Source: a virus
Taxonomy: Duplodnaviria > Caudoviricetes
Virus record (IMG/VR): IMGVR_UViG_3300049051_000014
Location: 1-41,778 of that record
Length of the DNA: 41,778 nucleotides
Strand: one strand, 5' to 3'
The stretch's first letter is position 1; the number at the start of each line of letters is the position of its first letter. This document shows, piece after piece, positions 16,162 through 26,243 of this stretch. The notes below the pieces were generated by a model. That model was not told where the DNA came from. It was given only the letters and a program-made list of their open reading frames with translations, and searched no databases. Both the position numbers and the translations under genes were made by a program.

Positions 16162-17255
16162 GCGATCTGCCCCAACCACTCACACCGTCCGACTGCAACC
16201 TGCGCGGCCTGCCCTTCATGCCGCTGATGGTCACCCAGATCCTGCAGTCGGAAACCTTCGGCCTGTCCACCGGCGACGAGTTCAAGGCCGCCTTCGCGCT
16301 CTGGTGCTCGAGCTGGATGGAAGTGCCGGCCGCGAGCTTGCCAAACGACGAGCGCATGCTCGAATTCCTGTCCCGTTCGAGGACATGGAAGCGCGTCCGG
16401 GCCGTCGCGCTGCGCGGCTGGATCCTGTGCTCCGATGGCCGCCTGTACCACCCAGTCATCGCCGCCAACGCGATGGACGCCTGGGAAAAGCGCACCGAGT
16501 TCCGCGTGAAGGAGGACAGCAAGAACACCCGCCAGCAGCGGTGGCGCGAGCAGTGCAAGCAGCTTGCGGCGCAGCTCCGTGACATCGGGGTCACCCCGCC
16601 GAAAGGTGCTTCGCTGGAAAAGTTGAAGACGCTCCTGCAAGAAAACGGTGTAGACGTTGTAGACGAAAAAGCGTCTACGTCGGTAGACGGAGAGACGTCT
16701 ACCGTAGACGCGGGAGAGATTGGTAAGACAGAGACAGTAAAGAGACAGTTAAGTAAACCCTTACACAGCGCGTCTACTCCACCGGAGTTAACGCGCGCGC
16801 CGGACCAACCTCAGGACGAGGGCGGAAAAGCGGAAATCACGCCCACTCCGGCCGCCCTGCTCAGCCAGGTCATGCGCAAGCACGGCGTGATGTCGAACCC
16901 CGGCGACCCGCGCCTGATCGCCATGGCCGACCAGGGCGTCACGGTCGAAACCATCGAAGCCGCCTGCCTGGAGGCCCGCCAGGCGAAGCCCAACGAGCGC
17001 ATCAGCCCCGCCTACATCGCCGCGATCATCGAACGCTGGTCCAAGGAGGCCAAGGCCATCGACGTCGCCGGCGCCAAGGTGCCCGATGCCAAAGCGAACG
17101 GCAACGGCCAGGCCGCCGACCGCTGGTGGCTGACGGACCAGGGCATCGTCCGCAAGGGCAAGGAGCTCGGCATGTACGCCCGGGGGACCGAGAGCTATGC
17201 CGACTTCAAGGACCGCATCTTCACGAAACTGCGTGAGCAAGGAGCCACAGCATGA
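16158..17255 (+). CDS. Replication initiator (YdaU/DUF1376-like)
   Basis: GLPFMPL...LWCSSW..PAASLPNDERML...GRLYHPVIA N-terminal domain; internal iteron array. Confidence 0.75.
   Translation: MSDLPQPLTPSDCNLRGLPFMPLMVTQILQSETFGLSTGDEFKAAFALWCSSWMEVPAASLPNDERMLEFLSRSRTWKRVRAVALRGWILCSDGRLYHPVIAANAMDAWEKRTEFRVKEDSKNTRQQRWREQCKQLAAQLRDIGVTPPKGASLEKLKTLLQENGVDVVDEKASTSVDGETSTVDAGEIGKTETVKRQLSKPLHSASTPPELTRAPDQPQDEGGKAEITPTPAALLSQVMRKHGVMSNPGDPRLIAMADQGVTVETIEAACLEARQAKPNERISPAYIAAIIERWSKEAKAIDVAGAKVPDAKANGNGQAADRWWLTDQGIVRKGKELGMYARGTESYADFKDRIFTKLREQGATA
16650..16777. repeat. Putative replication-origin iterons
   Basis: GTAGACG at 16650, 16659, 16683, 16704 and inverted CGTCTAC at 16672, 16696, 16771, inside initiator gene. 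Confidence 0.7.
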
Positions 17256-17722
17256 CCCACACCCACGACGACCGAGTTGCTAGCCACCAACCCGGCATGT
17301 GCGCCGCCTACGGCTGCCCGCTGCACGGCACGATGTCCAACGCCACCGGCGGCTCCGACGACTGGTGGTGCAGCTACCACTTCGGCAAGGAGGCTGGCGA
17401 CCTGCAGGCCGTGACCTCGGCCCTGAACCGCCACCGCTGGCTGGCCGACGTCCGCAGCGCCGTGCTCGAGCTGCACCCTGCGCGCGGCGAAGACTTCCGC
17501 CACAAGACCTTCGACTGGATACGCAAGACCCTGGCCGCCCAGGGCCGCGACGACCTGCAGTGGGCCGGCTTCCCCGAGAACACCCGGCAGTGGTCCAACC
17601 GCATCACCGCGGCGCTCGACAAGCTGATCGCAGTCGAATTCACGAAGCCGGTGCAGAGGCCGCTCAACGACAGCGTCGAGACCTGGACGAAGGCTTCGTC
17701 GATGTTCCCGTCCTGGGCCTGA
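17252..17722 (+). CDS. Hypothetical protein (Cys/His motif)
   Basis: CAAYGCPLHG...WWCSYH; ATGA overlap. Confidence 0.7.
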   Translation: MTHTHDDRVASHQPGMCAAYGCPLHGTMSNATGGSDDWWCSYHFGKEAGDLQAVTSALNRHRWLADVRSAVLELHPARGEDFRHKTFDWIRKTLAAQGRDDLQWAGFPENTRQWSNRITAALDKLIAVEFTKPVQRPLNDSVETWTKASSMFPSWA

Positions 17723-17749
17723 AGTAGGCGAACTTAGGCAATTTTCGCA

Positions 17750-18217
17750 ATGGAGAACGACTTGAAAACCATCCAGCTCACCCTGCCCTACCCGATTTCT
17801 GCGAACCGCTACTGGCGCTCGTTCAGCGCCGGCAAGCGCGTGGTCACCGTGCCATCGGCCGAGGCCAAGGACTACAAGCAGAGCGTGCAGCTGATCGCCC
17901 AGGCTGCGGGTGTGCGCGCGCCCATCACCGGACGCGTGCACATCCACCTGCAGCTGTTCCCGAACCGCCCGCAGGACTGGCAGAAGCGCATGCGCCAGCA
18001 CGGCGCCAGCTGGGACGACACGGTGCAGTGCATCGACTTGGACAACGCCCGCAAGGTGCTTTACGACTCGCTCAAGGGCGTAGCCATCGAGGACGACAAG
18101 TGGGTGCGCAGCGACAGCGGCGAGCGCATGGAGCCGGACGGCGAGGCGCGCGTGGTCGTCACCATCACCGCGCTGCAGGTCGAGCAACCCCAGGTGGCGC
18201 TCTTCGAGGAGGCATGA
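17750..18217 (+). CDS. rusA: RusA-like Holliday junction resolvase
   Basis: LPYPISANRYWR and DLDNARKVLYDSLKGVAIEDDKWV motifs. Confidence 0.88.
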   Translation: MENDLKTIQLTLPYPISANRYWRSFSAGKRVVTVPSAEAKDYKQSVQLIAQAAGVRAPITGRVHIHLQLFPNRPQDWQKRMRQHGASWDDTVQCIDLDNARKVLYDSLKGVAIEDDKWVRSDSGERMEPDGEARVVVTITALQVEQPQVALFEEA

Positions 18218-18336
18218 CCATGATCGAAGCAATTCTGGAAATTCTGCTGTACGCCGGCGTGGCCGGCATGGGGCTACTCGGCGTCCTGAGCCTGTGCGCC
18301 CTGCTGTCGGACGCCAACGACCGGAGGCGGATGTGA
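18214..18336 (+). CDS. Small single-TM protein
   Basis: MTMIEAILEILLYAGVAGMGLLGVLSLCALLS; 4-bp overlaps at both ends. Confidence 0.5.
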   Translation: MTMIEAILEILLYAGVAGMGLLGVLSLCALLSDANDRRRM

Positions 18337-18515
18337 ACGTGCTGCCGCAGGACACCTACCGCGACCCGCTGGAGCAGCTGCTGCGCGCCGAGGCCGCAAC
18401 CTGCAAGGGCTGCTGCTTCCGCCGCGTGATCGAGGGCGAGCTGCAGTGCACGCACCCGCGCACGGCCGACCCGCTGACCGACGTGCGCTGCGCCGAGTAT
18501 GAGGAGCGTGTGTGA
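18333..18515 (+). CDS. Small Cys-rich protein
   Basis: GTG start; YRDPLEQL...TCKGC...C...C. Confidence 0.55.
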   Translation: MNVLPQDTYRDPLEQLLRAEAATCKGCCFRRVIEGELQCTHPRTADPLTDVRCAEYEERV

Positions 18516-18925
18516 TTCGACGCAGGGAAATTGGCGAACGTCTGGAGAACTGGGCGCGTTGGGCGACGGCAACCAGGTCAGGCGGCGCGGACTCCATGAC
18601 CGGGGCCGTGTGCGAGCGCATGCGCAAGGCCGCCCTGGGCAATGTCTGGTCGGGCCACGAAGTGCAGGACCAGCTGGACGACCGTGACGCCTGGGCGATC
18701 CAGACCGCCATGGCCGACATCACCCTGCAGCAGCGCATGATCCTGCACTGGTGCTACATCGAGCAGGCCCGGCCGGAGGTCGTCTGCCGCATGGTCAAGC
18801 TGCCGGTGCGGCCGATCAGCATCTTCGTCGCCGCCTTCCATGACGCCCAGTATGCGATCGAGGAGGCAGTTGACAGCCGGAACCAGCCGGCGTACAGTTC
18901 CGTCCAACAACTTATCTCCGTCTGA
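18512..18925 (+). CDS. Late antiterminator Q-like protein
   Basis: ERLENWARW N-terminus, C-terminal helical DNA-binding-like region, last gene before terminators and packaging genes. Confidence 0.7.
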   Translation: MIRRREIGERLENWARWATATRSGGADSMTGAVCERMRKAALGNVWSGHEVQDQLDDRDAWAIQTAMADITLQQRMILHWCYIEQARPEVVCRMVKLPVRPISIFVAAFHDAQYAIEEAVDSRNQPAYSSVQQLISV

Positions 18926-18982
18926 AGTGCGACGCGTCCGGGTTCCCAGTGGGAGCCCGCGGCGTCCCCGGAAGGAAAATCG

Positions 18983-19014
18983 AAGCCCTGGTGCAGCAAT
19001 GCTCCGGGGCTTTT
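18983..19014 (+). terminator. Terminator in late leader
   Basis: AAGCCCTGG...CCGGGGCTTTT imperfect stem plus T-run. Confidence 0.55.
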
Positions 19015-19074
19015 GCTTTTGGGCCTCTCGCCCGACCGATCGTCTCCTAGACCACCAATTCTGCGGTGGGACTC

Positions 19075-19111
19075 GCCGCCGTGGCACTGGCTGTCGCGGC
19101 GGCTTTTTTTT
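19075..19111 (+). terminator. Second late-leader terminator
   Basis: GCCGCCG...CGGCGGC stem followed by T8. Confidence 0.75.
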
Positions 19112-19150
19112 GCTTGGACAGGACAATCCGACAAGGAATCCTGCGACCGC

Positions 19151-19447
19151 ATGGAAACTGAAACCGAAAACAAACCGAAACGCGCCCGCGGCCGCCTGGA
19201 TGGCGTGGGCCGTGCGAAAGGAACCCCGAACAAGAACACGAAGGCGATCAAAGACATGATCGTCAAAGCGCTGCACGAAGCCGGCGGCGTGGCTTACCTG
19301 GTCGACCAGGCGAAGAAGAACCCGAAAGCGTTCCTGATGCTGGTGGGCCGTGTGCTGCCGCTGGACGTGCGCGGGCCCGGCGAAGACGGGGCGCTGCTGA
19401 TCCAGCGTGTGACCCGCACCATCGTTGACCCGGCCGCCAATGAGTAG
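19151..19447 (+). CDS. Terminase small subunit (putative)
   Basis: GRAKGTPNK motif; directly upstream of large terminase. Confidence 0.7.
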   Translation: METETENKPKRARGRLDGVGRAKGTPNKNTKAIKDMIVKALHEAGGVAYLVDQAKKNPKAFLMLVGRVLPLDVRGPGEDGALLIQRVTRTIVDPAANE

Positions 19448-20750
19448 TCTGGACCTGCCCACGGCGCGCGTTTTCGTGCCGCTGCTGGAGCCGGCGCGCT
19501 ACAAGGGCGTGAAGGGTGGCCGCGGCTCGGGGAAATCCCACTTCCTGGCCGACCTGCTGCTGGAAGACTGCATGGCGGAGCCAGGCAACCAGGGCGGCGC
19601 CGGCATGCGGGCAGTTTGCATCCGCGAGGTGCAGAAGGACCTGGCGCAGTCGTCCAAGCTTCTGCTGGAAAGCAAGATGCTGGGCCATGGCCTGAACGAG
19701 GCGCAGGGCTTCAAGGTGTACCGGGATGTGATCGAAACCCCGGGCGACGGTCTGATCGCCTTCAAGGGCATGAACGACTACACCGCCGAATCGATCAAAT
19801 CGCTGGAGGGCTTCAAGCGCGCCTGGTGGGAAGAGGCGCAGAGCGCAACGCTGCACTCGCTGAACCTGCTGCGGCCGACCATCCGCGCACCTGGCTCGGA
19901 ACTCTGGTTCAGCTGGAACCCACGCCGGCGGACGGATCCCATCGAGGCCATGCTGAGCGGACCCGAGCTGCCGACCGGCGCCAGGGTGGTGACAGCGAAC
20001 TGGCGGGACAACCCATGGTTCACTCGGGAGCTGGAGCAGGAACGCCTGGACTGCCTGCGCATGCAGCCGGACCAGTACGACCACATCTGGGAAGGCGGCT
20101 ACGTCACCCTGATGGAGGGCGCCTACTACGCGCGCAGCCTGACCCAGGCCAAGGCCGAGGGCCGCATTACCCGCGTGCCGGTCGACCCGCTGATGACGAT
20201 CCGCCTGTTTTGCGACATCGGCGGCACCGGCGCCAAGGCGGATGCATTCGCCATGTGGGCGGCGCAGTTCGTCGGGCGTGAAGTGCGCGTCATCGACTAC
20301 TACGAGGCCGTCGGCCAGCCGCTTGCGGCGCATGTTGCATGGATGCGCGAGCGCGGCTACGACCCGAAGAAGGCGCAGATCTGGCTGCCGCACGACGGCA
20401 GCACGCAAGACAAGGTGTACGACGTGTCATACGAATCGGCGCTGCAGGCAGCCGGCTACTCCGTGACCGTCGTGCCGAACCAGGGCAAAGGGGCGGCAGC
20501 AGCGCGCATCGAAGCGGCGCGCCGGCTGTTCCCCGCGATCTGGTTCAACAAGGACACCACCGAGCCGGGCCGCGAGGCGCTGGGCTGGTACCACGAGAAA
20601 CGAGACGAGGCGCGCGGCATCGGCCTGGGCCCCGATCACGACTGGTCCAGCCATGGCGCCGACGCATTCGGCCTGATGGCCGTGGCCTATGAGCCGCCCA
20701 GCAGCACCTGGGGCAGCTCGCTGAACTACCCGCAGATGCACAACGCTTAA
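19440..20750 (+). CDS. Terminase large subunit (PBSX/P22-like)
   Basis: Walker A GGRGSGKS, Walker B WWEEA, FSWNP, C-terminal SHGADAF. Confidence 0.93.
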   Translation: MSSLDLPTARVFVPLLEPARYKGVKGGRGSGKSHFLADLLLEDCMAEPGNQGGAGMRAVCIREVQKDLAQSSKLLLESKMLGHGLNEAQGFKVYRDVIETPGDGLIAFKGMNDYTAESIKSLEGFKRAWWEEAQSATLHSLNLLRPTIRAPGSELWFSWNPRRRTDPIEAMLSGPELPTGARVVTANWRDNPWFTRELEQERLDCLRMQPDQYDHIWEGGYVTLMEGAYYARSLTQAKAEGRITRVPVDPLMTIRLFCDIGGTGAKADAFAMWAAQFVGREVRVIDYYEAVGQPLAAHVAWMRERGYDPKKAQIWLPHDGSTQDKVYDVSYESALQAAGYSVTVVPNQGKGAAAARIEAARRLFPAIWFNKDTTEPGREALGWYHEKRDEARGIGLGPDHDWSSHGADAFGLMAVAYEPPSSTWGSSLNYPQMHNA

Positions 20751-20806
20751 ACCGAATTGTTATCGAGGCATCGTCGTGAGACGCCCCGCAGGCCAGTGAA
20801 AAGCCC

Positions 20807-23143
20807 ATGACACAGAAAATGACCCAAGACGAGTTGGTAGCGCTGATCGACCGCGAGGCCGAGCAAGCCTACGGATATGGCGATGGCCAGCTCGAGGCCG
20901 AACGCGCGCGCAACGAAAACTACTTCTTCGCGCGCCCGATCGGCGACCTGGCGCCGCCAGCCATCGATGGCCGCTCGCGAGTGGTCGACACCACCGTGCG
21001 CGACACCGTGCTGGGCATGGAAGCGCCGCTGATCAAAACCTTCTTCGGCACCGAGAACGTGTTCCAGTTCGAGGAAACGAAGCCCGAGGATGCCGAGCAG
21101 GCCCCGCTGGTGTCCGATTACGTCAACTACATCCTCCGTAAGAAGAACCCGGGCTACCAGATCGGCACCACCTGGATCCGCGACGCCCTGCAGGTCAAAA
21201 AGGGCATCCTGAAGGTCTGGTGGGACGATTCCGCTATCGAATCGAAGGAGGAATATCGGGGCCAGACCGAAGTGCAACTGGCAATGCTGCTGGAAGACCC
21301 AGAGATCGAACTGATCGGCCAGAAGGCCTATCCGGACGAAGACGCCGCCGAACAGCTCCAGCAGGCCACCGAACAGCTGACGGCGCAGCTGATGCAAGCC
21401 CAGGCTGCCGCGGCGCAAAATCCGCAGGCCGCGCAGGCTGTGCAGCAGCTGCAGGCCCAGCTGGCGCAGCTCCTGCAGCAGCCCGTCCCAATGCTTTATG
21501 ACGTCGTGTGCAAGCGCGTGAAGGACGGCGGCCGCCTGTGCATCGAGAACGTCCCGCCGTGGGAATTCCTGAACAGCAAGAAGTGCGGCAGTAACCTGAA
21601 CCAGACACCATGGTGCGGCCATCGCTTCAAGCGCACGGTCGGCTACCTGAAATCGCAGGGGTACGACGTTCCCGACGACCTGGCGAGCGGCGACGACACC
21701 AGCGAATTCAACGCTGACCGCATCGACGCCGACCAGTTCCCGAACGACCTGTACAACCAGGAGTCCTACACGGATGGCAACGACCCGTCCCAGCGCGAAA
21801 TCTGGCTTCTGGAGTCCTACCAGCAGGTGGATTGGGACGGCGACGGCATCCCTGAGTGGCGCAAGGTCCTGAAGGCCGGCAAGCATGTCTTCTCCAACGA
21901 GGAATGCGACGGCCATCCGTTCGTGGCGCTGGATTCCGTCCCGCTGCCGCACCAATTCTACGGCACCTGCCCGGCTGACCTGGCCATCGAGGCGCAGCGC
22001 GTGCGCACAAGTCTGATGCGGGCGGCCCTGGACAACGTCTACCTGCAGGTGAATGGCCGCTACTTCGCGCAGGAGGGCCAGGTGAACCTGGATGACCTGC
22101 TCAATTCGCGCCCTGGCGGTGTGGTGCGCGTGAAAAACCCTGGTGCCGTGGGCAGGCTGGATCAGGGTGTCGGGGACATCGGTACCACCCTCCAGATGCT
22201 GGAATGGTACGAGCAGGCTGCCGAGGAGTCTACCGGCTGGTCGCGCCAGAGCATGGGCGGCAATGGCATGCAGCTGCAGCAGACCGCTACTCAGGCCAAT
22301 ATCGTGACCAACCGCGCCGATTCGCGCGTGGAGCTGATCAGCCGCACCATGGCCGAGGGCGGCTTCACCGACCTGGGCAACAAGATCCTGAAGCTGGTCA
22401 CGCAGTATCAGAAGAAGGCCGAGCAGATCAAGCTCAACGGCAAATGGGTCAACATCGATCCGCGCGCCTGGACAAACCAGTTCCAGCTGTCGATCAACGT
22501 GGGGCTGGGGACCGGCAACAAGGACCAGCTGATCAGCCACCTGGCTGTCATGAGCCAGAAGCAGATGGAAGGCCTGCCGCTCGGTATCACGACCCCACAG
22601 AACGTCTACAACGCGGACGTGAAGCTGGCCGAGGCGCTGGGCTTCAAGGACGCCAGCAAGTTCTTCACCGACCCGGAAAGCATGCCGCCACGGCCGCCGG
22701 CGCCTGACCCGAACCTGGCAAAGCTGCAGTTCGATCAGCAGCGGTTCGCGCAGGAGCTGCAGTTCAAGCAGCAGAATGCCGAGCTCGACCGCCAGGCGCA
22801 GCTGGCCGAGGCGCAAATCAAGGCCGAGGCGCAAATGCGCGTCGACCAGAACCGGCAGCAGCTGGAAGCCGAGCAGCAGGAGCTGCGCGCGCAGCGCCAG
22901 GCGCAGCTCGACGCGCAGCAGGCCGAATATGCTCACCAGCAGGAAATGGCCCGCATCGAACTGGAGCGACAGAAGATCGCCAGTGCCGAGTATCAGGCCC
23001 AGCTGCAGGCCGAGGTCGAGCGCTACAAGGCCGACATCAGCGAGCAGGGCAAGATCGTCGCCGCCCAGATCAGCGCCGGCCAGCAGGGCGATCCAACCCT
23101 TACCGCCGCTGAAGATGCGGCCAACCGCGGAGCCGCAACGTGA
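20807..23143 (+). CDS. Portal protein (P22-like, with C-terminal coiled-coil barrel)
   Basis: 778 aa after terminase; DALQVKKGILKVWWD; long Q/A-rich C-terminal helix. Confidence 0.88.
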   Translation: MTQKMTQDELVALIDREAEQAYGYGDGQLEAERARNENYFFARPIGDLAPPAIDGRSRVVDTTVRDTVLGMEAPLIKTFFGTENVFQFEETKPEDAEQAPLVSDYVNYILRKKNPGYQIGTTWIRDALQVKKGILKVWWDDSAIESKEEYRGQTEVQLAMLLEDPEIELIGQKAYPDEDAAEQLQQATEQLTAQLMQAQAAAAQNPQAAQAVQQLQAQLAQLLQQPVPMLYDVVCKRVKDGGRLCIENVPPWEFLNSKKCGSNLNQTPWCGHRFKRTVGYLKSQGYDVPDDLASGDDTSEFNADRIDADQFPNDLYNQESYTDGNDPSQREIWLLESYQQVDWDGDGIPEWRKVLKAGKHVFSNEECDGHPFVALDSVPLPHQFYGTCPADLAIEAQRVRTSLMRAALDNVYLQVNGRYFAQEGQVNLDDLLNSRPGGVVRVKNPGAVGRLDQGVGDIGTTLQMLEWYEQAAEESTGWSRQSMGGNGMQLQQTATQANIVTNRADSRVELISRTMAEGGFTDLGNKILKLVTQYQKKAEQIKLNGKWVNIDPRAWTNQFQLSINVGLGTGNKDQLISHLAVMSQKQMEGLPLGITTPQNVYNADVKLAEALGFKDASKFFTDPESMPPRPPAPDPNLAKLQFDQQRFAQELQFKQQNAELDRQAQLAEAQIKAEAQMRVDQNRQQLEAEQQELRAQRQAQLDAQQAEYAHQQEMARIELERQKIASAEYQAQLQAEVERYKADISEQGKIVAAQISAGQQGDPTLTAAEDAANRGAAT

Positions 23144-23430
23144 GCGACCTCGATAAACGGATTTACGACGCCGACCAGGCGCGACAGGTGCTTGAGAACC
23201 CCGCGTTCCATCAAGCTTTCGAAGACGTGCGAAAGGAGATCATTCAATCATGGCAAGAAAGTCCAGCAAGGGATCAGGAGGGCCGGGAGAAGCTGTTCCA
23301 GCTGCTGAAGCTGGCGGACAAGCTCAAGATGACGCTGCAGCGCAGCCTGGAGTCGGGGCAACTGGCGAAGGAGGAACTGAAGCACCAGCAGACCCTGCTG
23401 GAGCGCGCCAGGGAGGCGATGGGCTGGTGA
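23140..23430 (+). CDS. Conserved phage protein downstream of portal
   Basis: ARQVLENPAF...DQEGREKLF; coupled to portal stop. Confidence 0.7.
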   Translation: MSDLDKRIYDADQARQVLENPAFHQAFEDVRKEIIQSWQESPARDQEGREKLFQLLKLADKLKMTLQRSLESGQLAKEELKHQQTLLERAREAMGW

Positions 23431-23600
23431 GCCTGGAAGCGCTGATCGAGATTGTGCGCAACGAATCCCGCCAGGTCGTCCGCATGTGGCACCCCGACCG
23501 GCAGGACCCTGTGGTCCACGCCCGTAACGGCTCGGGCATCGAAGTCAACACCGGCAAGCCCCGCTACCAGCTGACCACCGGCGAAATCATCGAAGTTTAA
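23427..23600 (+). CDS. Small hypothetical protein
   Basis: GTG start overlapping previous stop; 57 aa. Confidence 0.55.
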   Translation: MSLEALIEIVRNESRQVVRMWHPDRQDPVVHARNGSGIEVNTGKPRYQLTTGEIIEV

Positions 23601-23648
23601 CCAGCAGCAGTGCGGACAATCCCGTGAGGGAACCCGAGAAAGGCAATC

Positions 23649-24698
23649 ATGAACATCAGCAGGCAACTGAAAAAGCTCTTCATCCGTGGTGGCATCTATC
23701 GCGAGCAGGCCGGCGAAGGCGCCGCAACCGGTGGTGCTGGCCCATTGGACCCGGGCACAGGTGCAAACCTGTTTTCCTCTTTCCTTGGCGGTGAAGCCCA
23801 AGCTGAGAGCGAAAGCGAGGAGTCGGAAGAATCCGCAGCGGAGCGCCTGGCAGCCGAAGAGGCAGCCGGCGCCAACCAGAACAACGCGGAAGGCACCGAC
23901 GGCGAACAGCAGGACCAGCAGGGCCAAGACGGCACCACCGACACCGTGACCTTCCAGGTCGACGGCAAGGACGTGACGCTGACCAAGGCCGAGCTGGCGG
24001 AGCTTCACAAGGGTGGCCTGCGCCAGCAGGATTACACCCGCAAGACCATGGAAGCGGCAGAGCAGCGTAAGACTGCCGACGCCGAGATCCAGAAGGCCCG
24101 CGCCGAACGGGACAGCTACCAGCAGAAGCTGCATGCGTTCGCGCTGACCCAGGAAGCAATCATTGCCGATTCGCAGAAGATCCTGACCCAGGAGCTTCTG
24201 GACACGGATCCTGTTGAATACCTGTCTCAGCAACGCATCCTCCATGAGCGACAAGCGAACCTGAGCGCAGCACAGCAGGAGCTGCAACGCATCGGCGCCG
24301 AACAGCAGCAGGAGCGCCAGCGCGCCGACCAGGACTTCCTGAAAGCGCAGTTCCAGACCCTTATCGACAAGCTTCCGGAATGGAAAGACCCGGTAAAGCA
24401 GAAGGCAAGCTGGAATGCAATCGAAGGGTTCATGGAAGAGCGCGGCTTCAAGCCCGAGGATGGACGCGTGGTCCTCGATGCCCGCGTAATTCTCCTGGCC
24501 AACGACGCGATGAAATACCGCGACCTGATGAAGCGCGCCGCCGAGGCCGGCAAAAAGGTCGCAAAGGTGCCACCGAAGGTCGAGCGTCCCGGCGTCACGC
24601 CGGTGAACCCGACCGACGGACGCACCCAAGCAATGAAGCGCCTGGCGCAGACCGGCAGCGTGCGCGATGCCGCAGCCCTGTTCTCAGCCTTCACCTGA
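23649..24698 (+). CDS. Capsid scaffolding protein
   Basis: Acidic N-terminus, VDGKDVTLTKAEL...QQDYTRKT, coiled coil; precedes capsid gene. Confidence 0.85.
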   Translation: MNISRQLKKLFIRGGIYREQAGEGAATGGAGPLDPGTGANLFSSFLGGEAQAESESEESEESAAERLAAEEAAGANQNNAEGTDGEQQDQQGQDGTTDTVTFQVDGKDVTLTKAELAELHKGGLRQQDYTRKTMEAAEQRKTADAEIQKARAERDSYQQKLHAFALTQEAIIADSQKILTQELLDTDPVEYLSQQRILHERQANLSAAQQELQRIGAEQQQERQRADQDFLKAQFQTLIDKLPEWKDPVKQKASWNAIEGFMEERGFKPEDGRVVLDARVILLANDAMKYRDLMKRAAEAGKKVAKVPPKVERPGVTPVNPTDGRTQAMKRLAQTGSVRDAAALFSAFT

Positions 24699-24740
24699 AC
24701 CGAAACCCCCTTTTACGCCGCGAGGCGATAGGAGCAAGTA

Positions 24741-25667
24741 ATGACTGCACCAACCAATACCCAGCTGACGACTGCGACCGTCGGCAACCGCGAAGACCTG
24801 TCGGACATCATCTACCGCATCAGCCCGACAGAAACCCCGCTGCTGTCCATGGCGCGTCGTGGCAAGGCCACCAACACCCTGCACGAATGGCAAACCCAGG
24901 ACCTGGCGACCGCCGCGAACAACGAGGCGGCCGAAGGCGACGACGCAACCGCGAACGCCGTCACCCCAACCGTGCGCCTGAACAACCGGACGCAAATCTC
25001 CACCAAGACCGTCTCGGTATCGGGCTCGCAAGAAGCAGCCGTGTCCGCCGGCCGTTCCTCCGAAATGGCCTACCAGATGTCGCTGAAGTCCCTCGAGCTG
25101 AAGCGCGACATGGAAGTCGGCCTGACCCAGAACAATGTTCTGGCCACCTCTCCGCGCCGCAGCCGCGGCCTGGTCGGCTGGGTCGATTCCGCCAACGTGA
25201 ACGGTGGCACCGGCTACGTGGCCCCGAACTACACCACCAACGTCGCGCAGACCGATGGCACGCAGCGCGCCTTCACCGAGGCCCTGCTGAAGGACGTAGC
25301 GCAGAAATGCTACACCTCTGGCGGCAATCCGAACGTGATCATGATGGGCCCGCTGGCCAAACAAACCTTCTCCACCTTCACCGGCAATGCGACCCGCATG
25401 GACGAAGCCGAAGACAAGAAGGTCACCGCAGCCGTGGACGTCTACATCAGCGACTTCGGCACCCTGAAAGCTGTTCCGAACCGCTTCCAGCGCGCACGCG
25501 ACGTCTTCCTGCTCGAAATGGATAAATGGGCCGTGGCCTACTATCGCGCCATGCAGCAATTCGACCTGGCGAAGACCGGCGACAGTATCCGCAAGCAGCT
25601 CCTGGCCGAATACTGCCTGGAGGCCTGCAATCCGAAGGCCAACGGCGCCATCGTGGACATCCTGTAA
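24741..25667 (+). CDS. Major capsid protein (DUF5309/SU10-like)
   Basis: GNREDLSDIIYRISPTETP...HEWQTQDL...NRTQISTK...ELKRDME...LAKTGDS. Confidence 0.9.
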   Translation: MTAPTNTQLTTATVGNREDLSDIIYRISPTETPLLSMARRGKATNTLHEWQTQDLATAANNEAAEGDDATANAVTPTVRLNNRTQISTKTVSVSGSQEAAVSAGRSSEMAYQMSLKSLELKRDMEVGLTQNNVLATSPRRSRGLVGWVDSANVNGGTGYVAPNYTTNVAQTDGTQRAFTEALLKDVAQKCYTSGGNPNVIMMGPLAKQTFSTFTGNATRMDEAEDKKVTAAVDVYISDFGTLKAVPNRFQRARDVFLLEMDKWAVAYYRAMQQFDLAKTGDSIRKQLLAEYCLEACNPKANGAIVDIL

Positions 25668-25676
25668 TCAACCTGC

Positions 25677-25700
25677 ACGGGGTTTCGGCCCCGTTTTTTC
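25677..25700 (+). terminator. Terminator after capsid gene
   Basis: ACGGGG-TTTCGG-CCCCGT plus T-run. Confidence 0.75.
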
Positions 25701-25713
25701 ATAGGAGCAAATT

Positions 25714-26178
25714 ATGGGAACCAATGCAGTCCAGCGCGCCGATGGCGGCGTGGCCTTCGTGGACGATGCCAGCGCTTCCGAGGTTCACCGCTTCGGCGGC
25801 GCTTACCGTGGCTTGAAAATCGCCAAGGTCGCTCTGCTCGGCGTGGCGGCAACCACCGGCGGCGCCCTCTTCGCCTGGCAGAACCCTGAAAACGTCCCAA
25901 TCGTCGTCGACCGGCTGGAAATCGACATCACCACGAAATCGACGGGTGCTGCGAACGGCAATTTCGGCGTGGCCGCCAATGGCACGACATCGAGTGCCAA
26001 CCTGATCGACACCTACGCCCTGGGCGGTACCGAAAAGGTTGTCAACAACATCGATGACAAGGGCACCAACGGCAAGTCCGTGCAAAAGATGACGACCAGC
26101 CAGTTCATCACTGGCACCGGTTCGGCATCCACTGTTGGCCTGGTCGGCTCTGTCTACATCCACTACTACCTGACCTGA
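25714..26178 (+). CDS. Putative capsid decoration/cement protein
   Basis: 154 aa, beta/Gly/Thr-rich, immediately after capsid gene, AGGAG RBS. Confidence 0.55.
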   Translation: MGTNAVQRADGGVAFVDDASASEVHRFGGAYRGLKIAKVALLGVAATTGGALFAWQNPENVPIVVDRLEIDITTKSTGAANGNFGVAANGTTSSANLIDTYALGGTEKVVNNIDDKGTNGKSVQKMTTSQFITGTGSASTVGLVGSVYIHYYLT

Positions 26179-26197
26179 TCACCACCAGCTCAGGAAA

Positions 26198-26223
26198 GCG
26201 GCCCTACGGGGCCGTTTTTTTTT
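26198..26223 (+). terminator. Terminator
   Basis: CGGCCC-TACG-GGGCCG plus T8. Confidence 0.75.
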
Positions 26224-26243
26224 GCATACCGCAGGGAGCAACC

